A stretch of DNA of 64,000 bases from Fidelibacterota bacterium (lineage in GTDB: Bacteria; Fidelibacterota; UBA2242), in NCBI GenBank assembly GCA_016782645.1, contig JADHYC010000001.1:16579-80578 (forward strand). The letters are read 5' to 3'. Shown one piece after another: positions 53,601-62,993 of the stretch (positions within the stretch are counted from its first letter, which is position 1; every line of letters starts with the position of its first letter). The notes beneath the pieces were generated by a model. That model was not told where the DNA came from and did no database searches. It saw nothing but the letters and a program-made list of their open reading frames with translations. Both the position numbers and the translations under genes were made by a program.

Positions 53601-53828
53601 CATATACAAACGATGAGAAAGGAAGCTGATTTTCGGGTCGAAGACAGGATTATAGTAGCTTCTGGTTCTACAGAGACATTAAGTAAAGCACTAAGTGAAC
53701 ATCTTGACTATTTTAAAACTGAAACTCTGGCAATAGATGTTGAAAATACATATAAACCAGGTGAATTTGATAAAGAAGTTAAAATATGTGGAGATAAAAT
53801 CCATGTTGGAATTAGCCGTATAAAGTAA
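50685..53828 (+). CDS. ileS: Isoleucine--tRNA ligase (type 2 / eukaryote-like architecture), with divergent HIGH and KMSKS signature regions
   Basis: Class-Ia architecture: N-terminus ([16 protein letters not shown]...[23 protein letters not shown]), CP1 editing region and zinc knuckle (WCTRCGAAL), KMSKS-like [10 protein letters not shown], and an IleRS type-2 C-terminal domain (...[27 protein letters not shown]). Downstream synteny with a TraR/DksA gene is as in many FCB genomes. GTG start after AGGAGG. Confidence 0.8.
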   Translation: [1047 protein letters not shown]

Positions 53829-53850
53829 ATTCCCATTTAGAAGAGGAATC

Positions 53851-54246
53851 ATGACTAATAAAACACAAAAAAAGAGATGGAGTAAAAAAGAACTTGATTA
53901 TTTCAAGAATATTATATTGAAAAAAAGGGGAGAAACTGTTAGAGAAATAAAACGATTGGAAGTAGTAACGATAAAAGACAAGACCCGACAGGATAATACA
54001 ACTCTGGATTCTACTTATGCTTATCATATGGCAGATGTTGGTACGGATTCGCAAGAACGAGAAAAAGCATTCCTATGGCTTTCGAGAGAGAATAAATATT
54101 TAGGACATTTGAATGCTGCTTTGGTTCGTATCGAAAATAGAGTATATGGAATCTGTATTGAATGTAGAAAATTAATTCCTAAGGAACGTCTTGAAGAAGT
54201 TCCTCACACTCAACATTGTGTAACGTGTAAAAATAAGTCTAAATAG
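53851..54246 (+). CDS. TraR/DksA family C4-type zinc-finger protein
   Basis: C-terminal CxxC-(17)-CxxC (GICIECRKLIPKERLEEVPHTQHCVTCKNK) preceded by a coiled-coil region. This is the usual ileS neighbour. Confidence 0.7.
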   Translation: MTNKTQKKRWSKKELDYFKNIILKKRGETVREIKRLEVVTIKDKTRQDNTTLDSTYAYHMADVGTDSQEREKAFLWLSRENKYLGHLNAALVRIENRVYGICIECRKLIPKERLEEVPHTQHCVTCKNKSK

Positions 54247-54518
54247 ATTGTTTTTTATCTTTCGCTGAGAGATTGCTCTGGTTAAATTTCCATAAAATAT
54301 AGTGGATTATATAAATATATTTAGTTATTTTTTAAAAGATGATTATCTTATCCTAAGAAATGAAATAGAATAAAGTCTAGGTTGAACCCATAGTCGTTGT
54401 TACCTAATACTTGTTGGTAATTATTTAAATGAAAATAAAAAACCTTTTGGTTAAATCTCCACTATGATTAGAGAAGGGTTTTAAATGCAAAGGTGTTTTT
54501 ACTGGTATACTGTTTTAA

Positions 54519-55493
54519 TTGGATTCTAATATAAAAGAGATACTCAATTTTGTCGCTGATAAGGATTTTGGAGAACGGTTGGATGTATATTTATCAGAGA
54601 GAATTGGTAAGTTATCAAGATCTAAAATTTATAATTTGATAAGAAGAGGAAATATTTTAGTAAATGGTCTTACATCTAAGCCGGGTTATAATATCAAACA
54701 AAATGATGTTATTAAGGTTATGCTACTCGAACCTCCTCCTTCTGAAATCATTGGTGAGAAGATTCCGCTAACTATTTTATATGAGGATAAATACTACATT
54801 GCTGTTAATAAACCGGCAGGAATGGTAGTTCACCCTGGAGCTGGTCATTTTTTCGGGACATTAGTAAGTGCTTTGGTTAATTATACTAGTGAGTTGAGTT
54901 CGTTAGGCGGGAAACTAAGACCAGGTCTGGTTCACCGTCTTGATAAGGATACGTCAGGGATAGTTTTAGCTGCTAAAACAGACGAGGCTCATTGGAAACT
55001 CAGTAAATTGTTTGCAGATAGGTTAGTTTTCAAAGAATATCGTGCTTTTATTTGGGGTTTTCCGAAATCTGAAAGTGGTCTCATTAATGCTCCTATTGGA
55101 CGAAGTAGTAAAAATAGAAAAAAGTTTATTGTTTCGGATTCTGGCAGAAAAGCACGGACATGTTATCAGATTATTTCAAATTTCGGTATTATGTCCTCTA
55201 TAAAATTAATTCTTGAAACAGGGCGCACACATCAGGCGAGAGTTCATCTTAATTTTATAGGTCATCCTGTAGTTGGAGATTTGATATATCAAGGGGGATT
55301 AAGACACTTGCGGTGCCTTTCGAAAAAGGAGATTGATTTAGGTAAATTGGTGCTGTCAAAAGTCGAGCGCCAGATGCTTCATGCGTTTGGAATTCGATTT
55401 TGTCATCCGTTTACAGTTGAAAATATTGAAATTGAAGCGCCTTTGCCAGAGGATTTTATCGATGTTGAATCAACTCTCAGAAGTGGGTGTTAA
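54519..55493 (+). CDS. rluD: RluA-family 23S rRNA pseudouridine synthase (RluD-like) with an N-terminal S4 domain
   Basis: S4-like region RLDVYLSERIGKLSRSKIYNLIRRGNILVNG. Catalytic motif HRLDKDTSGIVLAAKT. TTG start at 54519. Confidence 0.8.
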   Translation: MDSNIKEILNFVADKDFGERLDVYLSERIGKLSRSKIYNLIRRGNILVNGLTSKPGYNIKQNDVIKVMLLEPPPSEIIGEKIPLTILYEDKYYIAVNKPAGMVVHPGAGHFFGTLVSALVNYTSELSSLGGKLRPGLVHRLDKDTSGIVLAAKTDEAHWKLSKLFADRLVFKEYRAFIWGFPKSESGLINAPIGRSSKNRKKFIVSDSGRKARTCYQIISNFGIMSSIKLILETGRTHQARVHLNFIGHPVVGDLIYQGGLRHLRCLSKKEIDLGKLVLSKVERQMLHAFGIRFCHPFTVENIEIEAPLPEDFIDVESTLRSGC

Positions 55494-56404
55494 TTGCGGT
55501 GACAGTAGAAGTATTAATTGATAAATTCTTAAGATATCTGAAGCAGGAAAGAGGGTATTCTGACTATACTGTAGAGGCTTATCAAAGTGATGTCAGGCAA
55601 TTTCTCGATTTCTATGCTGAATATTCCAATACTGTTCCTGTAAAAATATCAGAAGTTAATAAAATCGGGATCAGGCATTTTCTTGGAATGCTTTCTGAAT
55701 CCGGTTTGGAGATGAGCTCTATTTCTAGAAAGTTAGCTTCTCTTAAGGCGTTTTTCAAATTTCTTGCCAGGCAAGGTTATATTTCCGGTAATCCTGCCGC
55801 TATGGTTAAGTCTCCAAAAACAAAAAAGCACTTGCCGGTTGTACTATCAGAAGAGCAGGTATCAAAAGTAATGGAAATACCTGATGCAATTTCCTTTGTT
55901 GGGCTGAGAAATAGGCTGATATTGGAACTTTTATATAGCACCGGTATTCGATTAGGGGAACTTATTTCTTTAAATATTGGGGATGTGAATTTTAATAAAA
56001 TGACCATATGTGTCTTTGGAAAAGGTTCAAAAGAGCGTATTGTCCCATTTGGTAAAAAAGTGAAAACCGCTCTAGATAATTACCTTAAGATCAGGCAAAC
56101 TGTACTCGTAAGCGTAACTTTGGAAAGTCCGTTATTAGTTAGCACTCGAGATAGGAGAATAGCTCGTCAGACAGTTCAAAAGGCTGTTAGGAAACTTCTG
56201 GAAGAAGTATCGGAGCAAGAACACCTCAGTCCTCATGTTTTAAGACATTCTTTTGCTTCACATCTTCTTGACCATGGTGCCGATTTAAATGCAGTTAAAG
56301 ATTTATTAGGACATAACAGTTTATCAACTACTCAATTGTATACTCATATACAAATAGGTAAGATAAAGGAGGTATATAAACAAGCACATCCCCATGCTGA
56401 GTAA
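55487..56404 (+). CDS. Tyrosine recombinase XerC/XerD family
   Basis: N-terminal core-binding domain (IDKFLRYLKQERGYSDYTVEAYQSDVRQFLDF). The catalytic region has R...HVLRHSFASHLLDHGADLNAVKDLLGHNSLSTTQLYTH (R-H-R-Y). Housekeeping context. GTG start overlaps the rluD stop. Confidence 0.85.
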   Translation: MLIAVTVEVLIDKFLRYLKQERGYSDYTVEAYQSDVRQFLDFYAEYSNTVPVKISEVNKIGIRHFLGMLSESGLEMSSISRKLASLKAFFKFLARQGYISGNPAAMVKSPKTKKHLPVVLSEEQVSKVMEIPDAISFVGLRNRLILELLYSTGIRLGELISLNIGDVNFNKMTICVFGKGSKERIVPFGKKVKTALDNYLKIRQTVLVSVTLESPLLVSTRDRRIARQTVQKAVRKLLEEVSEQEHLSPHVLRHSFASHLLDHGADLNAVKDLLGHNSLSTTQLYTHIQIGKIKEVYKQAHPHAE

Positions 56405-56446
56405 ATAGGGAGAAATATTTAAAATATTAAAAAAAGGAGTGTTTTT

Positions 56447-56770
56447 ATGAAAATTGAATTGACAGCACGACATTATGAGGCATCTGATCGAGTAAAGAGA
56501 TATGTAGATGCTGAGGTTAATAAACTGGAGAAAATTCATAGTAAGATCGTGAACTGTAGAGTTATTTTAAATAGATCTAAAGAAGGTGAAATGGCAGAAA
56601 TTAATCTTCACATTTCAGGAAAAGATTTTGTGATTTCAGAGACATCAGGTGATATAATTAAATCAATAGATTTGGCTGTTACAAAGATGGAGCGTCAGCT
56701 TAAACGATTTAAAGGAAAGAGATATTCAAATGCAAGAGTTATTAACAGTCGGGAAAATTTACAAGGATAA
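56447..56770 (+). CDS. hpf: Ribosome hibernation promoting factor (short HPF/RaiA, sigma-54 modulation protein family)
   Basis: MKIELTARHYEASDRVKRYVDAEVNKLEKIHSKIVNCRVIL...AEINLHISGKDFV..E.S.D...SIDLAVTKMERQLKRFK is the canonical HPF fold sequence. Confidence 0.85.
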   Translation: MKIELTARHYEASDRVKRYVDAEVNKLEKIHSKIVNCRVILNRSKEGEMAEINLHISGKDFVISETSGDIIKSIDLAVTKMERQLKRFKGKRYSNARVINSRENLQG

Positions 56771-57710
56771 CCGTTCAAAGCTAAAACTAAAATGTGTCAA
56801 TGGAAAAATAGGTCATGATAGGGTAGTTTCTTCTCCAAAACTAAACCGCCCTGGATTGGAATTAACCGGGTTTTGGGAATATTTCGATAAAAGTAGAATT
56901 CAGTTGTTTGGAATGAAAGAAAAACATTATCTTAATTCTGTTAGTAAAGAATTTATCAAAGCGACTTTTAAGAAGTTGTTTGCTTCGGGGATACCGGCAG
57001 CTATTTTTGCTCATAGAACCCAACCATCGGAAATTATAATTGAATTAGCAAATAAATATGGCGTTGCTCTTTTTAAGACATCTATGCTGACAACGCAGTT
57101 TGGTTCGTTTTTAGTTTATTATCTTGATTGGAATCTGGCACCATCGACTACTGTACATGGATCTTTGGTGGATGTATATGGTATTGGTGTTTTGTTTACA
57201 GGGCGTAGTGGTATTGGAAAAAGCGAAATTGCTCTTGATCTAGTCGAGAGGGGGCACCGGCTTGTAGCTGATGATGTTGTGAAACTTACAAAGCGTGCCG
57301 ATAATTTTGTTATGGGATCGGGACTTCACTTACTCGAACATTATATAGAAGTGAGAGGAATTGGAATTGTTGATGTAAGAAGTATATTTGGAATAAGAGC
57401 TGTCCGTCAGCAAAAACGTGTAGAAGTTCAAGTGGAATTAGAAGACTGGGACAAGGAAGAAAATTATGAGCGTATTGGCGCTAATGAGAAGTATGTAAAC
57501 ATTTTGGATATAGATATTCCTCTTATAAAGTTGCCTATATATCCCGGAAAAAATATTACCGTTATTGCAGAAGTTATCGCGTTAAATCATTTACAGAAAT
57601 TTATGGGTAAAAATTCTGCTAAAGAATTTGAGAAAAAGTTAAAGGCGAGGATTAAAGAAAAAATCAGACAGGAGGAGTTACAAAAATATCTTAAACAGGA
57701 TTATGAATGA
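56730..57710 (+). CDS. hprK: HPr kinase/phosphorylase
   Basis: Walker A GVLFTGRSGIGKSEIALDLVERGHRLVADDVV and the downstream HprK signature (...IEVRGIGIVDV...). It overlaps the hpf 3' end. Confidence 0.9.
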   Translation: MQELLTVGKIYKDNRSKLKLKCVNGKIGHDRVVSSPKLNRPGLELTGFWEYFDKSRIQLFGMKEKHYLNSVSKEFIKATFKKLFASGIPAAIFAHRTQPSEIIIELANKYGVALFKTSMLTTQFGSFLVYYLDWNLAPSTTVHGSLVDVYGIGVLFTGRSGIGKSEIALDLVERGHRLVADDVVKLTKRADNFVMGSGLHLLEHYIEVRGIGIVDVRSIFGIRAVRQQKRVEVQVELEDWDKEENYERIGANEKYVNILDIDIPLIKLPIYPGKNITVIAEVIALNHLQKFMGKNSAKEFEKKLKARIKEKIRQEELQKYLKQDYE

Positions 57711-57727
57711 GAAAGGATTATTGATAG

Positions 57728-58702
57728 ATGAAGGCTATTATTCCTGCTGCAGGTATTGGTGAGAGGTTAAGACCACTTACTTTAACTCGACCGAAAGTGT
57801 TACTACCTGTTGCTGAAAAACCGATTTTAGGGCATATCCTTGATCGAATCATAGAATCGGGTATTGAAGATGTTACCTTAATTGTGGGATATATGGGTGA
57901 GCAAGTTATAGAATATGTGAAAAATTATTACGATCTTAATTTAGATTTTGTAGAACAGAAGGAGAGGAAGGGATTAGGTCATGCTGTATGGAAGGGACTT
58001 AATTCATCCGATAAGCCCGTTCTAATTTTACTGGGGGATACTATTCTCGATTTAAATTATTACAATTTTGCACAAAGCCAATATAATGTTATTGGCGTAA
58101 TGACTGTTGAAGATCCTCGAAGGTTTGGTATAGTGGAAGTTAAAGATGGATGGGTAGTAAAATTAGTGGAGAAACCTGAAAATCCACTTAGCAATTTAGC
58201 GATAGCTGGGATCTATCTTTTACAGAGTCAAGAAAGATTAAAGAAGGCTATAGAATACATTATTGAAAATGATATAACCACAAAAGGCGAATATCAGTTA
58301 ACTGATGCTCTTCAAGTAATGCTCTCCTGGAATGATAGAATGAAAACCGAGAATATAGAGGCATGTTATGATTGCGGAACTCGTGAAACACTTCTAGAAA
58401 CGAATAGACATCTTTTGGAAAAAATTGATTATAAAGCAAATAAGTATCCAAATTCTGTGATAATTCCACCAGTCTATATTCACCCCAAAGCAGATATAAG
58501 GAAAAGTATTGTAGGTCCGTATGTGAGTATTGGAAAGGGAGTTACTATTTGCGATTCTGTTATAGAGGATTCTATTATTAGTGATGGAGTTAATTTAAAG
58601 AATGTGTGCCTAAAGAATAGTCTCTTCGGTTTAAAATCTTCAATACATGGGAAGTGTCATATCGTAGATATAGGTGATGAGTGTTGCCAGAATTTGGGTT
58701 GA
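57728..58702 (+). CDS. Sugar-phosphate nucleotidyltransferase (NTP_transferase domain plus C-terminal left-handed beta-helix; G1P thymidylyl/uridylyltransferase-like)
   Basis: N-terminus MKAIIPAAGIGERLRPLTLTRPKVLLPVAEKPIL is the nucleotidyltransferase G-x-G-x-R-L motif. Hexapeptide-like repeats occur in the C-terminal third. Confidence 0.65.
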   Translation: MKAIIPAAGIGERLRPLTLTRPKVLLPVAEKPILGHILDRIIESGIEDVTLIVGYMGEQVIEYVKNYYDLNLDFVEQKERKGLGHAVWKGLNSSDKPVLILLGDTILDLNYYNFAQSQYNVIGVMTVEDPRRFGIVEVKDGWVVKLVEKPENPLSNLAIAGIYLLQSQERLKKAIEYIIENDITTKGEYQLTDALQVMLSWNDRMKTENIEACYDCGTRETLLETNRHLLEKIDYKANKYPNSVIIPPVYIHPKADIRKSIVGPYVSIGKGVTICDSVIEDSIISDGVNLKNVCLKNSLFGLKSSIHGKCHIVDIGDECCQNLG

Positions 58703-58759
58703 TTTTGTTAACGCTGTTCACTATGTTAGCAAACAAATTTAATTGAGAGGGAAGTTATT

Positions 58760-59920
58760 GTGAAGAAGTATAGTTTTACATCAGAATCGGTTACGGAAGG
58801 TCATCCTGACAAGATTTGTGACCAAATATCCGATGCTGTACTGGATGCTCTTATTGCAAAGGACCCCGATTGCCGTGTTGCCTGTGAGGCACTTACTACT
58901 ACAGGTATGGTTATGGTGGCTGGTGAAATCTCGACAACCACTTATGTTGATGTTCCAACAATTGTACGTAATACACTTAAAAGAATTGGTTATATAGATT
59001 CTGACTATGGTTTGGATGGCAGGAACTGTGCAGTTATTAGTTCTATCCATGAACAGAGTGAGAATATTGCTCTTGGTATAAATTCGACTGCTGATCGAGA
59101 ACAGGGTGCCGGGGACCAGGGAATGATGTTTGGATTTGCATGCGATGAGACACCGGAATTAATGCCTTTGCCCATTAGCTTAGCACATAAGATAACGATG
59201 CGGTTAGCGGAAGTAAGAAAGAAGGGTATTTTGCCCTGGGTAAGACCTGATGGAAAATCACAGGTTACTGTTGAATACGAAGATGATGTACCAAAGCGGG
59301 TTACAAGTGTTGTTATTGCAGTACATCATAATCCGGAAGTACCACACAAGCAAATTGTTTCTGATGTGAAGAAGTATGTAATAGTTCCAATATGTGAAAA
59401 ATATTTGACTCCAGAAACGAAGTTTTTTATTAATGCTACAGGAATTTTTGCGATAGGTGGTCCCGAGGCAGATACAGGTATTACGGGAAGAAAAATTATA
59501 GTTGATACCTATGGCGGAATGGGAAAACATGGCGGCGGTTGTTTTTCGGGGAAAGATCCATCGAAGGTTGACAGATCTGCATCTTATATGGCAAGATATG
59601 TTGCAAAAAATATTGTGGCTGCTAAACTGACGCATAAGTGCGAGGTGCAGTTAGCATATTCAATTGGAGTTGCCGAACCTTTATCTATTTATGTAGATAC
59701 ATTTGGTACTGGGACTGTTAGTGACGATAAATTGGCAAAAGCTGTTCGGGCTGTGTTTCCTCTCAAGCCGGCAGAGATTATACAATATTTAAATCTAAAA
59801 CGCCCTATATATTTTAAAACAGCCTCGTATGGACATTTTGGACGCGAAGAGAGTGAGTTCACGTGGGAAAAGACAGATAAAGTAGAAGAATTAATTAAAT
59901 ATTTTGAGGATATGAAATGA
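58760..59920 (+). CDS. metK: S-adenosylmethionine synthetase
   Basis: [40 protein letters not shown] and [19 protein letters not shown] are highly conserved MetK motifs. GTG start. Confidence 0.95.
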   Translation: MKKYSFTSESVTEGHPDKICDQISDAVLDALIAKDPDCRVACEALTTTGMVMVAGEISTTTYVDVPTIVRNTLKRIGYIDSDYGLDGRNCAVISSIHEQSENIALGINSTADREQGAGDQGMMFGFACDETPELMPLPISLAHKITMRLAEVRKKGILPWVRPDGKSQVTVEYEDDVPKRVTSVVIAVHHNPEVPHKQIVSDVKKYVIVPICEKYLTPETKFFINATGIFAIGGPEADTGITGRKIIVDTYGGMGKHGGGCFSGKDPSKVDRSASYMARYVAKNIVAAKLTHKCEVQLAYSIGVAEPLSIYVDTFGTGTVSDDKLAKAVRAVFPLKPAEIIQYLNLKRPIYFKTASYGHFGREESEFTWEKTDKVEELIKYFEDMK

Positions 59921-61170
59921 ATGGCAAAATTAAAGATATAAGTCTTGCAGATGCGGGGTATTTAAAAATAGAGTGGGCTGAGGCTCATATGCCTGTATTA
60001 ATGGCGCTTAAAAAGAGACACCAGGATTCTAAACCTTTAAAAGGGATGAGAATCAGCGGTTGTCTCCATGTTACAAAGGAAACAGCGGTTCTGGTACGCA
60101 CGCTTGTCGCCGCAGGTGCTCAGGTTGCCTGGAGCGGATGCAATCCATTGAGTACGCAGGATGATGTGGCAGCTGCTCTTTTTTCTGATAGTATTCCTAT
60201 CTGGGCATGGCATGGATTGTCCACTGAGGAATTTTATTGGTGCATAGAAAAAACAATCGAACAGAAACCCACTTTAACTCTTGATGATGGTGCTGATCTT
60301 GTTTTTACACTTCATAACAGACACCCTGAATTGGCAAAACAGCTGTATGGTGGTTCCGAAGAGACAACAACCGGCGTGCATCGTTTGAGGGCAATGGCTA
60401 ATGATGGAAAATTACTTTACCCTCTACTTGCTGTTAACGATGCAGAAACAAAGTGGGATTTTGATAATGTATATGGTACCGGTCAGTCATCTATTGACGG
60501 AATTTTAAGGGCTACATCTATCCTGTATGCTGGAAAGACATTCATTGTTGCCGGATATGGACATTGTGGAAGAGGTGCCGCAATGCGTGCCAAAGGAATG
60601 GGAGCGAATGTCATTGCTACCGAGGTAAAAGCAACAGCTGCTCTAAAAGCAATGTTAGATGGGTATAGAGTAATGCCAATGGATGAAGCAGTAAAAATAG
60701 GTGATATATTTATCACGGCTACCGGAATGAAAGAAGTCATTATTGGCAAGCATTTCGAGAAAATGAAGGACGGTGCTATTGTTTGTAATACAGGACATTA
60801 CGATTGTGAACTGAATTTAAAAGACCTGGCAAAAATGACAGCTTCCCGTAAGGAAGTTAGACCCAATTGTGTTCAATATACTTTAAAAAATGGACGGAAA
60901 ATATATGTACTGGGTGAAGGTAGATTAGTAAATCTCGTGGCTGCAGAGGGTCACCCGTCGGAAGTAATGGACATGTCTTTTGCCAATCAATTTATGGGGA
61001 TGATATGGCTGGCAAAGAATGGTCCCAAACTTGAAAAGAAAGTTTATGATATTTCTGAAGAGCAAGACCAGGAAATCGCTCGACTTAAATTACAGACAAT
61101 GGGCATTTCTATTGATACATTAACGGAAGAACAGATAAAATATAAAACGGCGTATGACGAAGGGACATAA
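59917..61170 (+). CDS. ahcY: Adenosylhomocysteinase
   Basis: SAH-hydrolase motifs: [19 protein letters not shown], the NAD fold [24 protein letters not shown] and the C-terminal [13 protein letters not shown]. It overlaps the metK stop by 4 nt. Confidence 0.95.
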   Translation: MNGKIKDISLADAGYLKIEWAEAHMPVLMALKKRHQDSKPLKGMRISGCLHVTKETAVLVRTLVAAGAQVAWSGCNPLSTQDDVAAALFSDSIPIWAWHGLSTEEFYWCIEKTIEQKPTLTLDDGADLVFTLHNRHPELAKQLYGGSEETTTGVHRLRAMANDGKLLYPLLAVNDAETKWDFDNVYGTGQSSIDGILRATSILYAGKTFIVAGYGHCGRGAAMRAKGMGANVIATEVKATAALKAMLDGYRVMPMDEAVKIGDIFITATGMKEVIIGKHFEKMKDGAIVCNTGHYDCELNLKDLAKMTASRKEVRPNCVQYTLKNGRKIYVLGEGRLVNLVAAEGHPSEVMDMSFANQFMGMIWLAKNGPKLEKKVYDISEEQDQEIARLKLQTMGISIDTLTEEQIKYKTAYDEGT

Positions 61171-61210
61171 ATGTTTGTTTAACTTCCGTGTTCATACCTG
61201 GAGCTGAGAA

Positions 61211-62917
61211 GTGAAGAGAAATTTTTTTATCTATCTAGGTTTGTTAGTTTTCTGGGGATTAATCGGATGTGAGTTCAAGATTCCCACAACTCCGCGCCTG
61301 CCTTCAAAATGGAACACAAAAGTTGTAATTCCATTGCTGTATAAAACTTACAGCTTATCCAGTTTAGTTTTTGACTCTTTAGCTGCCTCTTCCAATCCCA
61401 TTATGGCTGATACTGCAACAGGAAGATTAAGCTACCTTGTTAGTGATTCTTCTTCCGAAGATATAACTGTATTAGAATCGTTTTGTACTATAGCTTCACA
61501 TGAATTGTCAAAGGAAATTGATCTATCAAATGAAATAAAGATTAATCCTGACAGTACAGTTATCCAAATTAATATCCTAGCAAAGAAAAAAATCAATACA
61601 ACAAATAATCGTGTAAAATTTGGGTTATTGAATGCTGCAGGTAGTCCTGATTTCAATAGGATTATAGTAACTGCAAATCTGAGTGATACATTCTTTAATG
61701 ATATTCAGATTAAAATAATATGTCAAAATTTCAAGGATAATAATACAGGTACTCTGCGGACCGATTCACTTACCCTTTCCATTAACTCAACATTAGCTAC
61801 TAAGAATATAATAATTGACGGAGATTCTCTTATAGGCGCTTCTACAAATGGATATATAGATTCACTTGTATTTGCTATTGATATAAATATTGAGGATAAA
61901 CTTGGAGAACCACTTGATAGCATTTATCAATCTTTAACAATCGATGTTGATGTATTACCTCTGGAATTGGAATCCTTCAATGGGGAAGTAAACGCTTCTG
62001 GAGTTATTCCTACCGAGTTATTTATTAATAGTCCTCCTGGTGCTGAGAGTATTAATTTTAATTTAGCAACTATATCTTTTTCAATCACGGATAATAGCGG
62101 ACAGTTTGATAGATTGCTTATAGAAATTGTTGGAAAAAAGCAAGGGGAAGATAATACTGAAATTGACTCTCTATTTTTTCCTTTCCCTGATACTTGTGAA
62201 ATGGAATTAGGGCAAATTATATCTAATCTTCCAGACAGTATTATCATTTATGTCATTGGGATGCTTGAAGAAGGCAATTATACACCAGCTTCTTCGATCC
62301 TCCTTTCTGAAGGATTATCTGTAAAGTATAGTATTCAAGTTCCTTTTAATTTTACTCTTCCCACAGAAATGATTATTGCATCCGGTAGGCCGACTAGTTT
62401 TGTTATTAAGGATTCTTCAGTTAGAGCAAATATTATTCAAGTGCAACAAGGTGCAGAACTTGAGACAACTGTTGAGAACAGAACTCCATTTCAAGGGAAT
62501 ATCCTTCTGCTTTTAGGGAATTGTCAGTATTTCCCTTTTGACTCTACTGAAACACCATATGATGAAAACTATAAATGGAATGCTTTAGGTGATTCTCTTT
62601 TTTATAATGATACTGTCCATGTTGTAATTGATACTCTCGCAGTTTTAGAGATTCCTGCAGCTACTTTTAGTGGAGATTCGCTCATTGAAGCAGGAGTTCT
62701 GGAGGATCAAATTTCTTTTGCCGATTCAGCAGCTGTTTCACATTTTGCTGATACTTTAACTCATTATATTATGCCTCATTTCCTCTTTCTGAATCCAGAT
62801 ACATCAAACACAATTTTAAGAGACAATCAGTCAATTACGATTAGAAGCTATTTAAATCTGCTTCTTGATCCAGCTGCACTTACTCATCAAGGAGTTGATA
62901 CATCAGATACGCTATAG
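61211..62917 (+). CDS. Hypothetical lipoprotein (568 aa)
   Basis: Signal plus lipobox (YLGLLVFWGLIGCEFK). The sequence is Ser/Thr/Asn/Asp-rich with no recognisable motif. GTG start at 61211. Confidence 0.4.
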   Translation: MKRNFFIYLGLLVFWGLIGCEFKIPTTPRLPSKWNTKVVIPLLYKTYSLSSLVFDSLAASSNPIMADTATGRLSYLVSDSSSEDITVLESFCTIASHELSKEIDLSNEIKINPDSTVIQINILAKKKINTTNNRVKFGLLNAAGSPDFNRIIVTANLSDTFFNDIQIKIICQNFKDNNTGTLRTDSLTLSINSTLATKNIIIDGDSLIGASTNGYIDSLVFAIDINIEDKLGEPLDSIYQSLTIDVDVLPLELESFNGEVNASGVIPTELFINSPPGAESINFNLATISFSITDNSGQFDRLLIEIVGKKQGEDNTEIDSLFFPFPDTCEMELGQIISNLPDSIIIYVIGMLEEGNYTPASSILLSEGLSVKYSIQVPFNFTLPTEMIIASGRPTSFVIKDSSVRANIIQVQQGAELETTVENRTPFQGNILLLLGNCQYFPFDSTETPYDENYKWNALGDSLFYNDTVHVVIDTLAVLEIPAATFSGDSLIEAGVLEDQISFADSAAVSHFADTLTHYIMPHFLFLNPDTSNTILRDNQSITIRSYLNLLLDPAALTHQGVDTSDTL

Positions 62918-62993
62918 ATTACTTTAATTAGAATAGGTTTGTTAATTGAATGGAAATCAGACAATGTTAACACTATAACGTCATTTAGGAAAT

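Noticed and set aside
55487-56404. Integrase marking a mobile element
   Set aside because: The sequence and context (rluD-xerC/D-hpf-hprK) are those of the chromosomal dimer-resolution XerC/D recombinase. No attachment-site repeats or phage/transposon genes were seen.
58703-58759. SAM riboswitch upstream of metK
   Set aside because: The spacer is only ~55 nt and lacks the conserved SAM-I/SAM-II core sequences and pairing.
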